DNA of 64,000 nucleotides from Eledone cirrhosa (taxonomy: Eukaryota): positions 5,084,001 through 5,148,000 of the forward strand of contig OZ024765.1 in the NCBI GenBank assembly GCA_964016885.1, written 5' to 3'. The notes beneath the pieces were generated by a model. That model was not told where the DNA came from, made no database searches, and saw only the letters and a program-made list of their open reading frames with translations. A program made the translations under genes and the position numbers. Shown here piece after piece: positions 14,051-26,889 of the stretch. Each line of letters begins with the position of its first letter. Position 1 is the stretch's first letter.

Positions 14051-14059
14051 ATACATATA

Positions 14060-14091
<32 letters not shown>

Positions 14092-14290
14092 AATGTCCTT
14101 AATTTTCGAGATAATATCTCGAAAATTAAGGACATTTAAATAAATCTAAGGTAAAAGACTAATTGTCAACAATATCTTTTGCATTTGCATTCTTTATCCT
14201 ATGTCCATACCTGCATTGTTTTGGCTTTATTATACATATACAAACGTTTGTACCGCATTACACAATGCTTCAAGTGAACTATAACCTCCT

Positions 14291-14386
<96 letters not shown>

Positions 14387-14393
14387 TTATATA

Positions 14394-14460
<67 letters not shown>

Positions 14461-14598
14461 ATATATTTATATATATTTATTGGAGGAAACAATTGTAAGC
14501 AAATAAATGACTTAAACTGAACTTTGATTACTGTAATCTCTATATATTTATATATATATTTATATATATATATTTATATATATATATTTATATATATT

Positions 14599-14681
<83 letters not shown>

Positions 14682-17600
14682 CACCAAAACTATGTCGTCG
14701 GCAAATTCAGGAATCTGATATCTTTTTCGCCTTAACACTGGAAGAGGGAGACCAAGGTTAACGTATGTTGATGCCCTAAGGACAGACACTGGTCTGTTGG
14801 AGACGCAGGACATGGCAGCGATAATGAGGGACAGAGACCGCTGGAGAGAACTCGTCCATGAATCTCGGGCATTTTTACCCGCCCTAGAATATATATCTGT
14901 GTGTGGGAGTCCTGGGTTCAATCCGGGATAACCACAGTAAGGGGAGTACTCAATGCCTTAGTTGAGCATATACAAAACTTGATATAGGAATGGCTTCTAC
15001 AGGACTAGAACTGTTTCATTTGAAAGAAATCATTATATATGTGTGTGTGTGTGTGTGTGCACGTGTGTGTGCGTGCGCGTGTGTGTGCGTGTGTGTGCGT
15101 GTGTGTGTGTATCACCAGTCAGTTCACCCCTGTAAAACAAGGAAAAAGAATGTAATGAGAAGGTTTACCGTCGGCTGAAGACAACGAGAGGATAAAATTC
15201 TCATTTTTTAAGCTATTCACAACTTTCTTGGGTCCCTCTTTTTCAAAATTGATAGGGGATATTAATTTCCGACGGACCACATCATACATTGACTGAAAAA
15301 TACAAGAGAGGAATACCAAAAAATGATTTAGCAGACAAATATTATTATATACGATCTCAGTTCAAATCCCGCCGAGGTTCACTTTGCCTTTCATCCTTAC
15401 GGGGTCGATAAAATAAAGTACCAGTAATGTACTGGGATAATTGCTGGCCTTGTGCCAAAAGTAGAAACAATTATTATTTGAATAAAGGGCGGTGGATCGG
15501 CAGTATCGGTAGAGGGTCGGACGCCATGCTTTGCAGCATAGAGTTGCGGTCCTTGCCATTCTGAGTTCAAATCCCACCGAGGTCAACTTTGCTTTTCATC
15601 CTTACGGGGTCGATAAAATAAAGTACCAGTAATACACTGGGGTCAATTTAATTGACTTTCCCCATCCCTAAAATTGCTGACCTTGTACCTATAGTAGAAA
15701 TCATTATTCCGAGGTTGACTTTACCTTTCATCCTTACGGGGTCGATAAAATAAAGTACCAGTAATGTACTGGGATAATTGCTGGCCTTGTGCCTAAAGTA
15801 GAAACAATTGTTGTTGTTGTTGTTGTTGTTTCAGGCTACTGTGGTTGATTAAATGAAGTACTAGTGAAGTACTGGGATTGATTTAAACCGGATATATCCA
15901 GCCAGAGTTCTCACCTCTTTCTGTTCAAACCAGCTGTAACTGGCCGCTCATACCAACATTAACCCGTTAGCATTTAAACTGGCCATATCCAGACAGAATT
16001 CTCTCACATCTTTGTGATCAAACTGGCTGTAACTGGCCGCTCATACTTATGTTAAGGTATAGTTCTCAAAATAAATAACATGAAAATCTCATAGCTTCAA
16101 TATTATGTGAGATAAATATGTGAGATAAAGCAATTGCTGTGAAAATATAGTTTGTTTCTACTTTTGGCACAAGGCCAGCAATTATCCCAGTGTATTACTG
16201 GTACTTTATTTTATCGACCCCGTAAGGATGAAAGGCAAAGTTAACCTCGGCGGGATTTGAACTCAGAATGGCAAGGGCCGTAACTCTATGCGTCAAAGCA
16301 TGGCGTCCGACCCTCTACCGATACTGCCGTGAAAATATAATAGTTAGGATAGAGTAATGCAAACGCTAAAGGGTTAATCAACTTCTCCTTTGCCCCAGAC
16401 TTGCTGGCTTTGTATCTAAATTAGAAACCAATATATAGATAACCTGTAACTTCTGGCATTGCCTCGTTTTTTCAACCAATTTCTCTGTGGCTTCATTGAA
16501 TTTCTTCTTTGTTGTCTCCAGTTCCTTCTTAACAGCTGAAATTGAAGAGATTATTAAACATAGTCATGGCCTTATATATTATAGGGTCTGTGATCTAGTG
16601 GTAAGGGTATTGTAGGTTTGATTCCTGGACTGGGTTGTGTGTTGTGTTCTTGAGCAAGACACTTCATTTCACGTTCATCCAGTATACTCAGCAGTAGCTG
16701 GGGGTTAATTATTTGATGGAAGTCTTGTACATACTGTCACTTAACACTGATGGAACATGATCAACCTGATGAGCCTCCGAGCTTGGGACAGACATTAACC
16801 CTGTGGGGAAGTCTTGTACTCTCAGTTGCTTGACACCAATCAGACTGAGATGAGCTCAGGACCTGAGGAGCCTCAGGACTTGGGACTCTTTAATCCTGTG
16901 AGGGACTGGCATCGTGTCTAGGGGGAAGTCTTGTTCTCTCAATGCAAATGAAACCAGGATAAGCACTGGGCTTCGGACATACTTTAACTTCTTTTTTTAT
17001 TCACCTGGAGGCTGAGCAACAACAGCAACATCAATATTAAGAATTTCTATATTATAGGGTTTGTATTTATCTGGTAACTAAACAATGACAATAACAGCAA
17101 CCACATATATATATAGAGAGGGAGATGTACCACATATATAGAGAGGGAGATGTACCACATATAGAGAGAGATGTACCTCATACAGAGAGAGATATGTACC
17201 ACATAGAGAGATGGGTACCACATATATAGAGAGAGAGATGGGTACCACATATATAGAGAGACATGTACCACATATATAGAGAGAGAGATGTACCTCATAC
17301 AGAGAGAGATATGTACCACATAGAGAGATGGGTACCACATATATAGAGAGAGATGTACCACATATATAGAGAGAGATGTACCACATATAGAGAGAGAGAT
17401 GGGTACCACATATAGAGAGAGAGATGGGTACCACATATATAGAGAGACATGTACCACATATATAGAGAGACATGTACCACATATAGAAAGAGACATGTAC
17501 CACATATATAGAGAGAGACATTTCTTTGTAATGAGAGAACTTACTAGTTTGTTGTAGCTTCAGAGCTTTATTTTCTGATAAGGAGGATAAATTGTGAAAT

Positions 17601-20600
17601 ACAATAGTATATATAGAGTAATGTAAATGTTATGTGAGATATTATGTGAGGTAAAGCCTTTACTGTGAAAATACAATAGTATATATAGAGTAATGTAAAT
17701 GTTATGTGAGATATTATGTGAGGTAAAGCCTTTACTGTGAAAATACAATAGTATATATAGAGTAATGTAAATGTTATGTGAGATATTATGTGAGGTAAAG
17801 CCTTTACTGTGAAAATACAATAGTATATATAGAGTAATGTAAATGTTATGTGAGATAAAGCTTTACCATGAAAATACAATAGTAAATATAGAATAATGTA
17901 AATGCTAAAGGGTTAAAGGATACAAGTCAATTCAGATTGAATTCTGTTGACTACTGCTTCATAGTATTGTTCCAACTCAACGGCTTTCTCTTTAACTTTA
18001 TTGGCAATATATTCCTGATAGACTTTCTCCTGATGTGACTGAAAAATACAACAGCAAACACAATCACAATAACATCATCATCTTATTACATCCACTTTCC
18101 ACACTAGAATTGGTTAGACGAGTTGTCCGGTTGTGGGCAATGTTAGATCAGCTGACCATGTCTTGTTCATACAGAACTGATTTGGGCTTGGTTTCTACAG
18201 CTGGATGCCCTTCTTAGTACCAACCACATTTACAGTGTGGGCTGGGTGCTTTTTTACCGTGGCGTCTATACAACCACTTTACAGTGTGGGCTGGGTGCTT
18301 TGTGTTGTGACACCTACACAACCACTTTACAGTGTGGGCTGGGTGCTTTTAGTTGTGACACCTACACAACCACTTTACAGTGCGGTCTGAGAATTGAACT
18401 CACAACCTTTCGATTGCAAGCCCAATGCTCTAACCACTAAGCCATGCGCCTCCATGTATATCAATATAATTTGTGAGCTGAGGTTATCCGTGAATGGCAA
18501 TCCCAATCATTTGTTATAGATATTGTTAGCCAGACATGATTCCCACGCCAGACATGATTCCCACGCCAGACATGATACATGTAAGGGCCAGGTATTGGCT
18601 GGAGATCTCACTTGATTATGGCAGTCCACATTTTCAGCTTTCCACATCACAGATTCACAAACAGGGGCCACCCATGTACAGTAATTACAGATATTGTTAG
18701 CCAGTCATGATTTCAATCACAGACACCACCACCATCATCATCATCATCATCATACGTCCGCTTTACCCTGCTTGCAAGGGTGGAATGTGTCCTCTTCAGC
18801 ACAGCATCTCTCCATTTGTCACGGTCCTTCGTCATCTCTTCGGTGAGTTTCAGTGATCTGAGGTCTGCTCTCACCACCTCCGCCCATGTTTTACGTGGTC
18901 TACCTCTACTGCATCTTCCTTCTACTGGCCTTTCTTGGCACTTCTTTACTCAGTGGTCATCCTCCATGCACATCACATGTCCATACCATCGCAGTCTTCT
19001 CTCCCACACTCCACAACTTATCCCTCTTATACCCAGTTTCTCTCTCAACTCATAACTTATCTATTTATATTTAGACACCATCTCTATATAAATTTCTGCG
19101 ATTCTGTCACAACACATTAAGAGAGAGGGGTAGTTTGACTACCTCATACTACTCCTCGCTCTTTACATCTGCTGCCTGTGGGTGCTGCTACCACTGTGGT
19201 TATGACTACCTCATACTACTGCTCTCTCTTTTTGTCTGCTGCTTGTGGGTGCTGCTACCACTGTGGTTATGACTACCTCATACTACTGCTCTCTCTTTAT
19301 GTCTGCTGCTTGTGGGTGCTGCTACCACTGTGGTTATGACTACCTCATACTACTGCTCTCTCTTTACGTTTGCTGCCTGTGTGAATGTATGTGTGTGTAA
19401 AAGGAAGGAAGGGGATGTTGAAAAAAACCATACTTTGTGTGAGTGTATGTGTGAAACTGGGCTGGATTGGAGCTAAAGAACAACAATAACAACAACTCAC
19501 CTGGTATGTCCAAAAAGAAAGAGCCCTTGTACATATTTCCATGATAACTTCAGGTTTCTGACCAGCAAGAACCATCTATTATAACAATAATAATTTCTAA
19601 TTTAGACACAAGGCCAGCAGTTTTAGGCAAGGGGAAAGTCAATTAGATCAACACCAATATGCGACTGGTACTTTATTTTATCAACCCTGGAAGAGTGAAA
19701 GGCAAAGTTGACCTCAAAGGAATTTGAACTCAGAACATAAAGGGATGTAACTCTATGTCGCAAAATATGGTGGCTGACGCTCTACCGATACTACCAATCC
19801 ACCCACTAAAATAATGGTTTCTGATTTAGACACAAGGCCAACAATTTGGGGGAAAGGGAAAGTCAATTAAATCGACCCCAGTACATTACTGGTACTTTAT
19901 TTTGTTGACCCCCGTAAGGATGAAAGGCAAAGTTAACCTCGGCGGGATTTGAACTCAGAACATAAAGGGATGTAACTATATGCCACAAAGCATGTTGTCA
20001 GATGCTTTACCAATTACTGCCAAGCTCACCCCACTTAATACCAGTAAAATAATGGTTTCTGATTTAGGCACAAGGCCAACAATTTGTGAGGGGAAAGTCT
20101 ATTAAATAGACCCCAGTGCATTACTGCTACTTTATTTTATTGATGCTTGTAAGGATGAAAGGCAAAACTAACTTCAGCAGAACTTGAACCATCCATCCAT
20201 CCATCTATATCCAGTTTTGGTCTCTAGGGTGCTGCAGTTGCCCTGGACTCCGAGGTAGGCAACACCAGGCAATGTCTCACAGCCGCTCTCCATGAATTAC
20301 TGTCCATAGTATCGACATCGGCCAAGTCACATTTATACAAATCACTCTTCACACACTCCAACCACGTCTTCCTTGGACTACCACGATCTCTAGTGCCAGG
20401 GATTGCTGTACATGTCAGTACCAACAGAGATGTTGTGTGTGAAGGACAGCAGTGATCTCATCCACACCCAGCTTCTGGTAGAGCACAGTTCTTCCTTGGA
20501 CTACCACGATCTCTAGTGCCAGGGATTGCTGTACATGTCTGTACCAACGGAGATGTTGTGTGTGAAGGACAGCAGTGATCTCATCCACACCCAGCTTCTG

Positions 20601-23600
20601 GTAGAGCACAGTTCTTCCTTGGACTACCACAATCTCTAGTGCCAGGGATTGCTGTACATGTCTGTACCAACGGAGATGTTGTGTGTGAAGGACAGCAGTG
20701 ATCTCATCCACACCCAGCTTCTGGTAGAGCACAGTTCTTCCTTGGACTACCACGATCTCTAGTGCCAGGGATTGCTGTACATGTCAGTACCAACGGAGAT
20801 GTTGTGTGTGAAGGACAGCAGTGATCTCATCCACACCCAGCTTCTGGTAGAGCACAGTTCTTCCTTGGACTACCACAATCTCTAGTGCCAGGGATTGCTG
20901 TACATGTCAGTACCAACGGAGATGTTGTGTGTGAAGGACAGCAGTGATCTCATCCACACCCAGCTTCTGGTAGAGCACAGTTCTTCCTTGGACTACCACA
21001 ATCTCTAGTGCCAGGGATTGCTGTACATGTCAGTACCAACGGAGATGTTGTGTGTGAAGGACAGCAGTGATCTCATCCACACCCAGCTTCTGGTAGAGCA
21101 CAGTTCTTCCTTGGACTACCACGATCTCTAGTGCCAGGGATTGCCGAGTGAGTGTTGCTGTACATGTCAGTACCAACAGAGATGTTGTGTGCGAAGGACA
21201 GCAGTGATCTCATCTACACCCAGCTTCTGGTGGAACATGGTTGAAAGGGTCTTATCTTTTAATTTGGCACCACAGATCCACCCAATCATGGCACGATCAT
21301 TTTGGCTGAGCCATTGCAGATCTGAGGCATTCAGAGCCCATGTCTCACTGCCATGAAGCATGGTGAAGCGAGCACAAGCAGAAAACACTTTGCCACGAAC
21401 CTTGAAAGAGATGTACCTTGAAGTAAGGATGGGCAACAGCCTTCTGAATTTTCCCCATGCAACACAGCAGCGAGAAGCAACCGCATGTTCACACACCCCC
21501 GCTAGCACAGATCATATCACCCAGGTAGCAGAAGGTGCCTTCCATATCGAGAACACAGAACATAAAGGGACAGAACTACATGTTGCAAGGCCTTGTGTCC
21601 AATGCTCTACCGATTCTACTTCCAATCCACCACTAATGAAAGAATTAGTGTCATATTGATAGAATAGAAAAAGAAGCAGGTGCTGAGGTGGATGTCAGGT
21701 GTAAGATCACAGAGAAATCAATACTTACTGACTTATATTGATCTGAAGGTTGAAGATCAATTCTAATTATGTCAAAAGTTCCTGAAAGACTGCTGTCACC
21801 TGGTAATTAATTTATTAATTAAAAACAAAACAAAAAAAGAGATGATTAATTTTAAATCCATTTACTATAGGAGTGAGTTAAATAGGGTATGTATGGATGG
21901 ACCTGTAACTTAGGGGACAACTTGGCAGAGTCGTTAGAATATCACATAGAATGCTTTGTGGTATTCATTCCAGCTCTCTCTGCCCTGGTCAACTTTGCCT
22001 TTCATCCTTTCAAGGTCTAATATGGGGGTCAATTCTTCCTCTATATCTCTTTCTCACTTTCTCCCCTACTCTGGAAGAAATCTGCTGCATTCAGACATGG
22101 AGACGAGACGAGCTTCACCCTTCACCAGGCTTTTAAAATATGCCCAAGAAATGCTGTTTGCCATTACGGTGCCCCTATCACTCCCCCAGGAGTTATGAAA
22201 CCAGACCATACAATACCATGGACATGTAACTACTGATGGAGCATTCGGGATGCCATAGTGACATACAATATGTCTTGGATATTTTCAACCTGGCGGAGCC
22301 TATCCCTCTCATGTTTGAACACAGCTGATTTCTTCCAGAAAAAGAAAGTGATAGAAAGGAAGGAAGAATCAACTTCAGTGCGAGACTGATCATTCTTTTT
22401 TTTATTGACCTTGAAAGGAGTGAAAGGAGTCCCATCCAATTTGAATATTCAAGAGGGGCAATTTGAAAATGATGTTAATGAGAGCAAACATCAGATTTTA
22501 CATTATTACTTTTGCACCAAGGAAACTTTGGTACTGTCAGAAACCCCTGTCTCATCTCCTCCAAATGTTATTGTAGATCTGGCACCACCTACACCAAGGC
22601 AACTTTGGTACAAATTACTGTCAGAAACCCCTGTCCCACCTCCTCCAAATGTTATTGTACATCTGGCACCACCTACACCAAGGCAACTTTGGTACAAATT
22701 ACTGTCAGAAACCCCTGTCTTACCTCCTCCAAATGTTATTGTACATCTGGCACCACCTACACCAAGGCAACTTTGGTACAAATTACTGTCAGAAACCCCT
22801 GTCTTACCTCCTCCAAATGTTATTGTACATCTGGCACCACCTACACCAAGGCAACTTTGGTACAAATTACTGTCAGAAACCCCTGTCTTACCTCCTCCAA
22901 ATGTTATTGTACATCTGGCACCACCTACACCAAGGCAACTTTGGTACAAATTACTGTCAGAAACTCCTGTCTCACTTCCTCCAAATTTTATTGTACATCT
23001 GGCATTGTTTAACATCAGAATGAGTGGCCAGTTATGGCTGGTTTGAACAGAAAGTGGTGAGAGAATTCTGGTCGGATATGGCCGGTTTAAATGCTTAAGA
23101 GTTAAATGATGGCGAAGAAGATGATGAAGATGATGATGATTCAACATGTGTATGACAAGGCTCACACTTTGAATTACAAGTACAATCTATCATGTATTAA
23201 TGTACTGGGTAATTGATGGCCTTGTGCCAAAAGTAGAAACAATTATATGTGAATTCCACAGACACACGTATCCTTAAAATAACTCCATACTAGAAATGAA
23301 AATAAGAGAAGTAATTACTTACATGCTGGACAAGAATAAGCCTTATTGAATTCTCTGGAGCCATCTTCTTCACAGAAAATATCTGGCAGGTATGTTGAGG
23401 AATGTAAGAAACTAGTTAAACAATAACAACATAGGGCAGTGACTCCCAATATAGGAGACATGCTCCACAAGGGCTGGGGGGCAATTTGATAATGATATTA
23501 ATGAGAACAAACTTCAGGTTTTACCTTATTACTTTTACACCAAGGCAACTCTGTAAAGTTGTGCTGCTACCCTGATAAAATATACCCAGTACACCCTGTA

Positions 23601-25328
23601 AAGTGACAGTGCTGGTACCATGATAAAATATACCCAGTACACTGTGTAAAGTGGCAGTGCTGCTACCACAAGAAAATATACCCAAGACACTCTGTAAAGT
23701 GTTAGTGCTGGTACCATGATAAAATATACCCAAGACACTCTGTAAAGTGTTAGTGCTGGTGCCACAATGAAATATACCCAGTACACTCTGTAAAGTGGTA
23801 GTGCTGGTACCATGATAAAATACATCCAGTACACTCTGTAAAGTGGTAGTGCTGCTACCATGATAAAATATGCCCAGTACACTCTGTAAAGTGGTAGTGC
23901 TGGTACCATGATAAAATACATCCAGTACACTCTGTAAAGTGGTAGTGCTGGTGCCATGATAAAATACGCCCAGTACACTCTGTAAAGTGGTAGTGCTGCT
24001 ACCATGATAAAATACATCCAGTACACTCTGTAAAGTGGTAGTGCTGGTACCATGATAAAATACGCCCAGTACACTCTGTAAAGTGGTAGTGCTGCTACCA
24101 TGATAAAATACATCCAGTACACTCTGAATTTAGTAGTCTATGAGGTTTGAAAGGTTGGCGACCGCTGCCCTAAATGGAAAAAAGCTGATTACATCATCCA
24201 TTGAACATGGGCTCATATCTGCTATATAATGGACAACTGAGCTATATTAATTGCTCCAAAGTGAAGCTGACAGATTTTCCCTTATTTTGAAGTCTTATCA
24301 ATCAACTAGAATGGAAACAATAATCTATTTATAGAAACATTGAGTAGATTTGGAATTATTGAACATTTAGAAGCCGACATATTTGTTTTAACTATGAAAA
24401 ATAATCAAACAAATTAAGCATAAAAGACCCTGAATGGAAAAAAATTAACATGTTATCACCATCAACATCACCGTTTTACTTCCATTTTCTACACTAGCAT
24501 GGGTTAGGCAAGTTGTCCTGTTGTGGGCAATGCCAGGTCAGGTGACCATGTCTTCTTCATACAGAACTAATTTTGGCTTTGAGTTAAGCTATTAAGCTAA
24601 TGTTTGGAATGTAACTTAACCCTTTCATGACCACATTTCTAATGAAATATACCCTATTTTAATTAATCAATGAAGAATTTCGAAGGATTTACTAAAATTA
24701 TTAATTATTTCATTACTAAGATAGTAACTTAAAGTAGGTTCTTATGTGAAATTATGTTGGAAGATTTTAATTTAAATTGGAAACCTTTAAAATGAGTGGT
24801 TTTATTTCATAGAACCCAAGCCGGTTTCGGCCAGGTTACTAACTAAAGGGTTAACAAAGGTTCTTGCATAAATTAGGGCCTGTTTTAGGCAGTTTGGTAT
24901 ATATAAAAAAAAAACGAATATAATTCAAATAAACATGATAATTAATTTCTAATAAAAAGATACGAGAACACGACGTTACCTGAAATAAAATAAAATAAAA
25001 TAATTAAAATTCCAGTTAACCTTTTAATGGTCAATAAAAAAGTAGCAGTCCAGTACTAGGGCCAAGTCTTCTGCTATATCTCTTTCTCACTTTCATTCTC
25101 TCCCTTTCTATCCTTCTCTGGCAGAAATCTGCTGAGTTCAGACCTGGAGAGGAGATGGGCTCCACCAGGTTTTAAGAAATGAGTGGACGGCCAGCGGGTG
25201 GATCAGTGACTCGAGAATGAGGACATCCTCTTTGGGGTGGAGAATGGACTGCACGTCCGAGACGGAGGCAGCAAAGCTCTCAGCATCGTGGTTGACAATC
25301 ATCAACTCTAATAATATGCATGTGTGTT

Positions 25329-25385
<57 letters not shown>

Positions 25386-26145
25386 TAATATATATATCCA
25401 TGGCTTAGTGGTTAGAGCATTGGCCTTGCAATCAAAAGGTGATGTGTTGTTTCCTTGCTCCAGTTTACTCAGCTGTAGAAATGAGATGATAGGGACTGGG
25501 GTCCCTATCATTCCACTGCAAAGTGGACGTGTAGGGGCCACGGAAAAAAAGCACCCAGCACTCACTGTAAATGAGGTTGGTGTTAGGAAGGGCATCCAGC
25601 TGTAGAAATCAAGCCAGAATCAGTTCCCGTCCCACCCTTGCAAGCAGGGAAAATCGGACATAAAATGATGATGATGATGATGATGATGATCTGTAACTCT
25701 CTGAAAATTTACACCCACAATGCATTTCCTATCACAGTCATGTTGCTATAATAAGAAGTTTGCTTTCCTATTACAAGGTTCTAACCCTACATTTGTCCCT
25801 GTAAATAATTATATCTCTAAAGTTACTCATATATTTAATCTCATGATTCATTTGTATATAGAATTGCACATTTATGTTATTATATCCTAGAAATTTGTGA
25901 TTTTATTCTTTCAGTCATTACTCAACATTTATCACCATAGGGAAACGTAGACATAGCACCAAATTGAAGATAGCAAATTTGGTTTTTATACTTTCTTCTG
26001 GTTAAAAGAATACAATCTTAAATACAAGCAACCAAAATGGTGTTCCTCTAAAATATTCTTTAAATAATTCTCTAATACTCACCCATGCAAGCTTATTCAA
26101 ACTCTTTCGGCATTTCTTAAAATTGCATATAAGATCTCCATCCAT
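11964..26145 (-). CDS. CCNB1IP1: E3 ubiquitin ligase CCNB1IP1/HEI10, spliced gene, 11 coding exons, 263 aa
   Basis: complement(join 26083..26145, 24964..24979, 23323..23382, 21729..21799, 19501..19575, 17924..18038, 17545..17565, 16444..16535, 15169..15292, 13574..13636, 11964..12055) = 792 nt, all phases compatible. Translation [105 protein letters not shown]...[19 protein letters not shown] matches the HEI10 RING, MVLAG..RALxFWTYQ and coiled-coil motifs as recalled. Confidence 0.93.
12565..12917. mobile_element. Penelope-like fold-back relic with two inverted hammerhead cores
   Basis: arms of about 165 bp; CTGATGA-t-GTCGCA-gctg-TGTGAC-GAAA on the minus strand (12661-12700) and a decayed plus-strand copy (12788-12830). 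Confidence 0.65.
13574..13636 (-). CDS. CCNB1IP1: CCNB1IP1 exon ([21 protein letters not shown]), probable GC donor
   Basis: ttccttAG acceptor, open frame, GCAAGT donor gives the phase needed by the last exon. Confidence 0.6.
13865..13900 (+). ncRNA. Minimal hammerhead ribozyme (Penelope-like)
   Basis: tctt-CTGATGA-a-GGAC-tagc-GTCT-GAAACGTT-aaga; palindromic AACGTT typical of dimer-forming minimal hammerheads; a decayed copy lies on the minus strand at about 40270-40310. Confidence 0.7.
15169..15292 (-). CDS. CCNB1IP1: CCNB1IP1 exon ([13 protein letters not shown]...SSAD)
   Basis: tttttcAG/GTAAAC; xYD.xR continuation of the coiled coil. Confidence 0.85.
16444..16535 (-). CDS. CCNB1IP1: CCNB1IP1 exon ([30 protein letters not shown])
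   Basis: AG/GT, phase 1 to 0; EKL.E..RQ.QKLQ motif. Confidence 0.92.
17100..17520. repeat. Compound minisatellite (atgtaccacatatatagagagag)
   Basis: direct inspection. Confidence 0.9.
17545..17565 (-). CDS. CCNB1IP1: CCNB1IP1 21-nt micro-exon (SLKLQQT)
   Basis: aaaataaAG|CTCTGAAGCTACAACAAACTA|GTAAGT; adds exactly one heptad, restoring the spacing recalled for the vertebrate protein. Confidence 0.75.
17924..18038 (-). CDS. CCNB1IP1: CCNB1IP1 exon ([10 protein letters not shown]...RIQSELT)
   Basis: tttttcAG acceptor, GTATCCTTT donor; HQE.xYQEY motif, start of coiled coil. Confidence 0.92.
19137..19380. repeat. 67-bp tandem repeat, about 3.6 copies
   Basis: gactacctcatactact at 19137, 19204, 19271 and 19338. 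Confidence 0.88.
19501..19575 (-). CDS. CCNB1IP1: CCNB1IP1 exon ([25 protein letters not shown])
   Basis: AG/GTGAGT; HEI10 hallmark motif; visible in ORF 19345..19575. Confidence 0.95.
20225..21550 (-). mobile_element. RTE LINE 3' fragment containing a 123-bp tandem amplification (about 20370-21220)
   Basis: [14 protein letters not shown]...[22 protein letters not shown]; unit offsets 20409, 20532, 20655, 20778. Confidence 0.88.
21729..21799 (-). CDS. CCNB1IP1: CCNB1IP1 exon ([24 protein letters not shown])
   Basis: AG/GTAAGT, phase 1 to 0, matches HEI10 post-RING segment. Confidence 0.92.
22040..22450 (-). mobile_element. Degenerate LINE-like 3' fragment; related sequence at about 25085-25310
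   Basis: shared gaaatctgctg..ttcagac.tggaga...caccagg block; broken ORF. Confidence 0.4.
22533..23010. repeat. 84-bp tandem array, about 5.5 copies
   Basis: unit offsets 22534, 22618 and onward; 28-aa periodic ORFs in several frames. Confidence 0.92.
23323..23382 (-). CDS. CCNB1IP1: CCNB1IP1 exon ([20 protein letters not shown])
   Basis: AG acceptor, GTAAGT donor, HIFC...CPAC RING motif. Confidence 0.92.
23560..24126. repeat. 48-bp tandem array related to the SINE internal tgtaaagtgg subrepeat; similar array of about 47 bp at 36320-36672
   Basis: cagtacactctgtaaagtggtagtgctg unit, offsets 23779 and 23827. Confidence 0.88.
24964..24979 (-). CDS. CCNB1IP1: CCNB1IP1 16-nt micro-exon (VTSCS)
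   Basis: ttttatttcAG|GTAACGTCGTGTTCTC|GTATCTTTT supplies the conserved VTxCSH of the RING. Confidence 0.88.
26083..26145 (-). CDS. CCNB1IP1: CCNB1IP1 coding exon 1 ([21 protein letters not shown])
   Basis: ATG at 26145, donor GTGAGT; first RING cysteines; an upstream acceptor at 26166-26167 implies a 5'UTR intron. Confidence 0.9.
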
Positions 26146-26889
26146 AATTTTTATAAAAAACCAAACTACAACAAAAATTGAATTAAGTATATTATTTATA
26201 TTTTTATTTAATTTTGGAGGCTGTGTTTTTTTAAAAAGAAATTTTCATTAAACCCTTTCATGACTGTATTTCTAATGTTAATTAATTAATGAAGAATTTT
26301 GTAGGATTTATTCAAATTATCAATTATTTCATTACTAAGAACTTAACATATGGTTATTATATATAATTATGTTGGAAGATTTAACTTTAAATAGAAACCT
26401 TGTATTTCAATTAATTAATTAATAATTTTGAGAGGTTTACTAAGATTGTTAATTATTTCATTATTAAGATAGCAACTTAATATATAGTTCTTATATAGAA
26501 ACATTTAACCCTTTAGCATTTAAATCAGCCATATCCGGCCAGAATCCTCTTACTTCAAACTGGCTAACTTGCCACTCATACTGATGTTAAGGTATTGTTC
26601 TCAGAGATTCAATATTATGTGAGATAATTATGTAAGATAAAGCCTTTACTGCGAAAATACAATAGTATATATAATGTAAATGCTAGAGGGTTAAACCCTT
26701 TTGTGACAGTATTTCTAATGAAATAATAATTAATTAATTTTGAGAGATTTACTAAGACCAATCTTGCCTGAAGTGGGACAATTCCCATCTAAACCCATGC
26801 TAGCATGGAAGATAGACGTTAAACGATGATGATGATGAATTAATTATTTCATTACTAGGACAGTAACTTAATATAGGTTCTTATATCTT

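Noticed and set aside
22405-23165. Periodic ORFs on both strands
   Set aside because: 84-bp tandem array in a HEI10 intron
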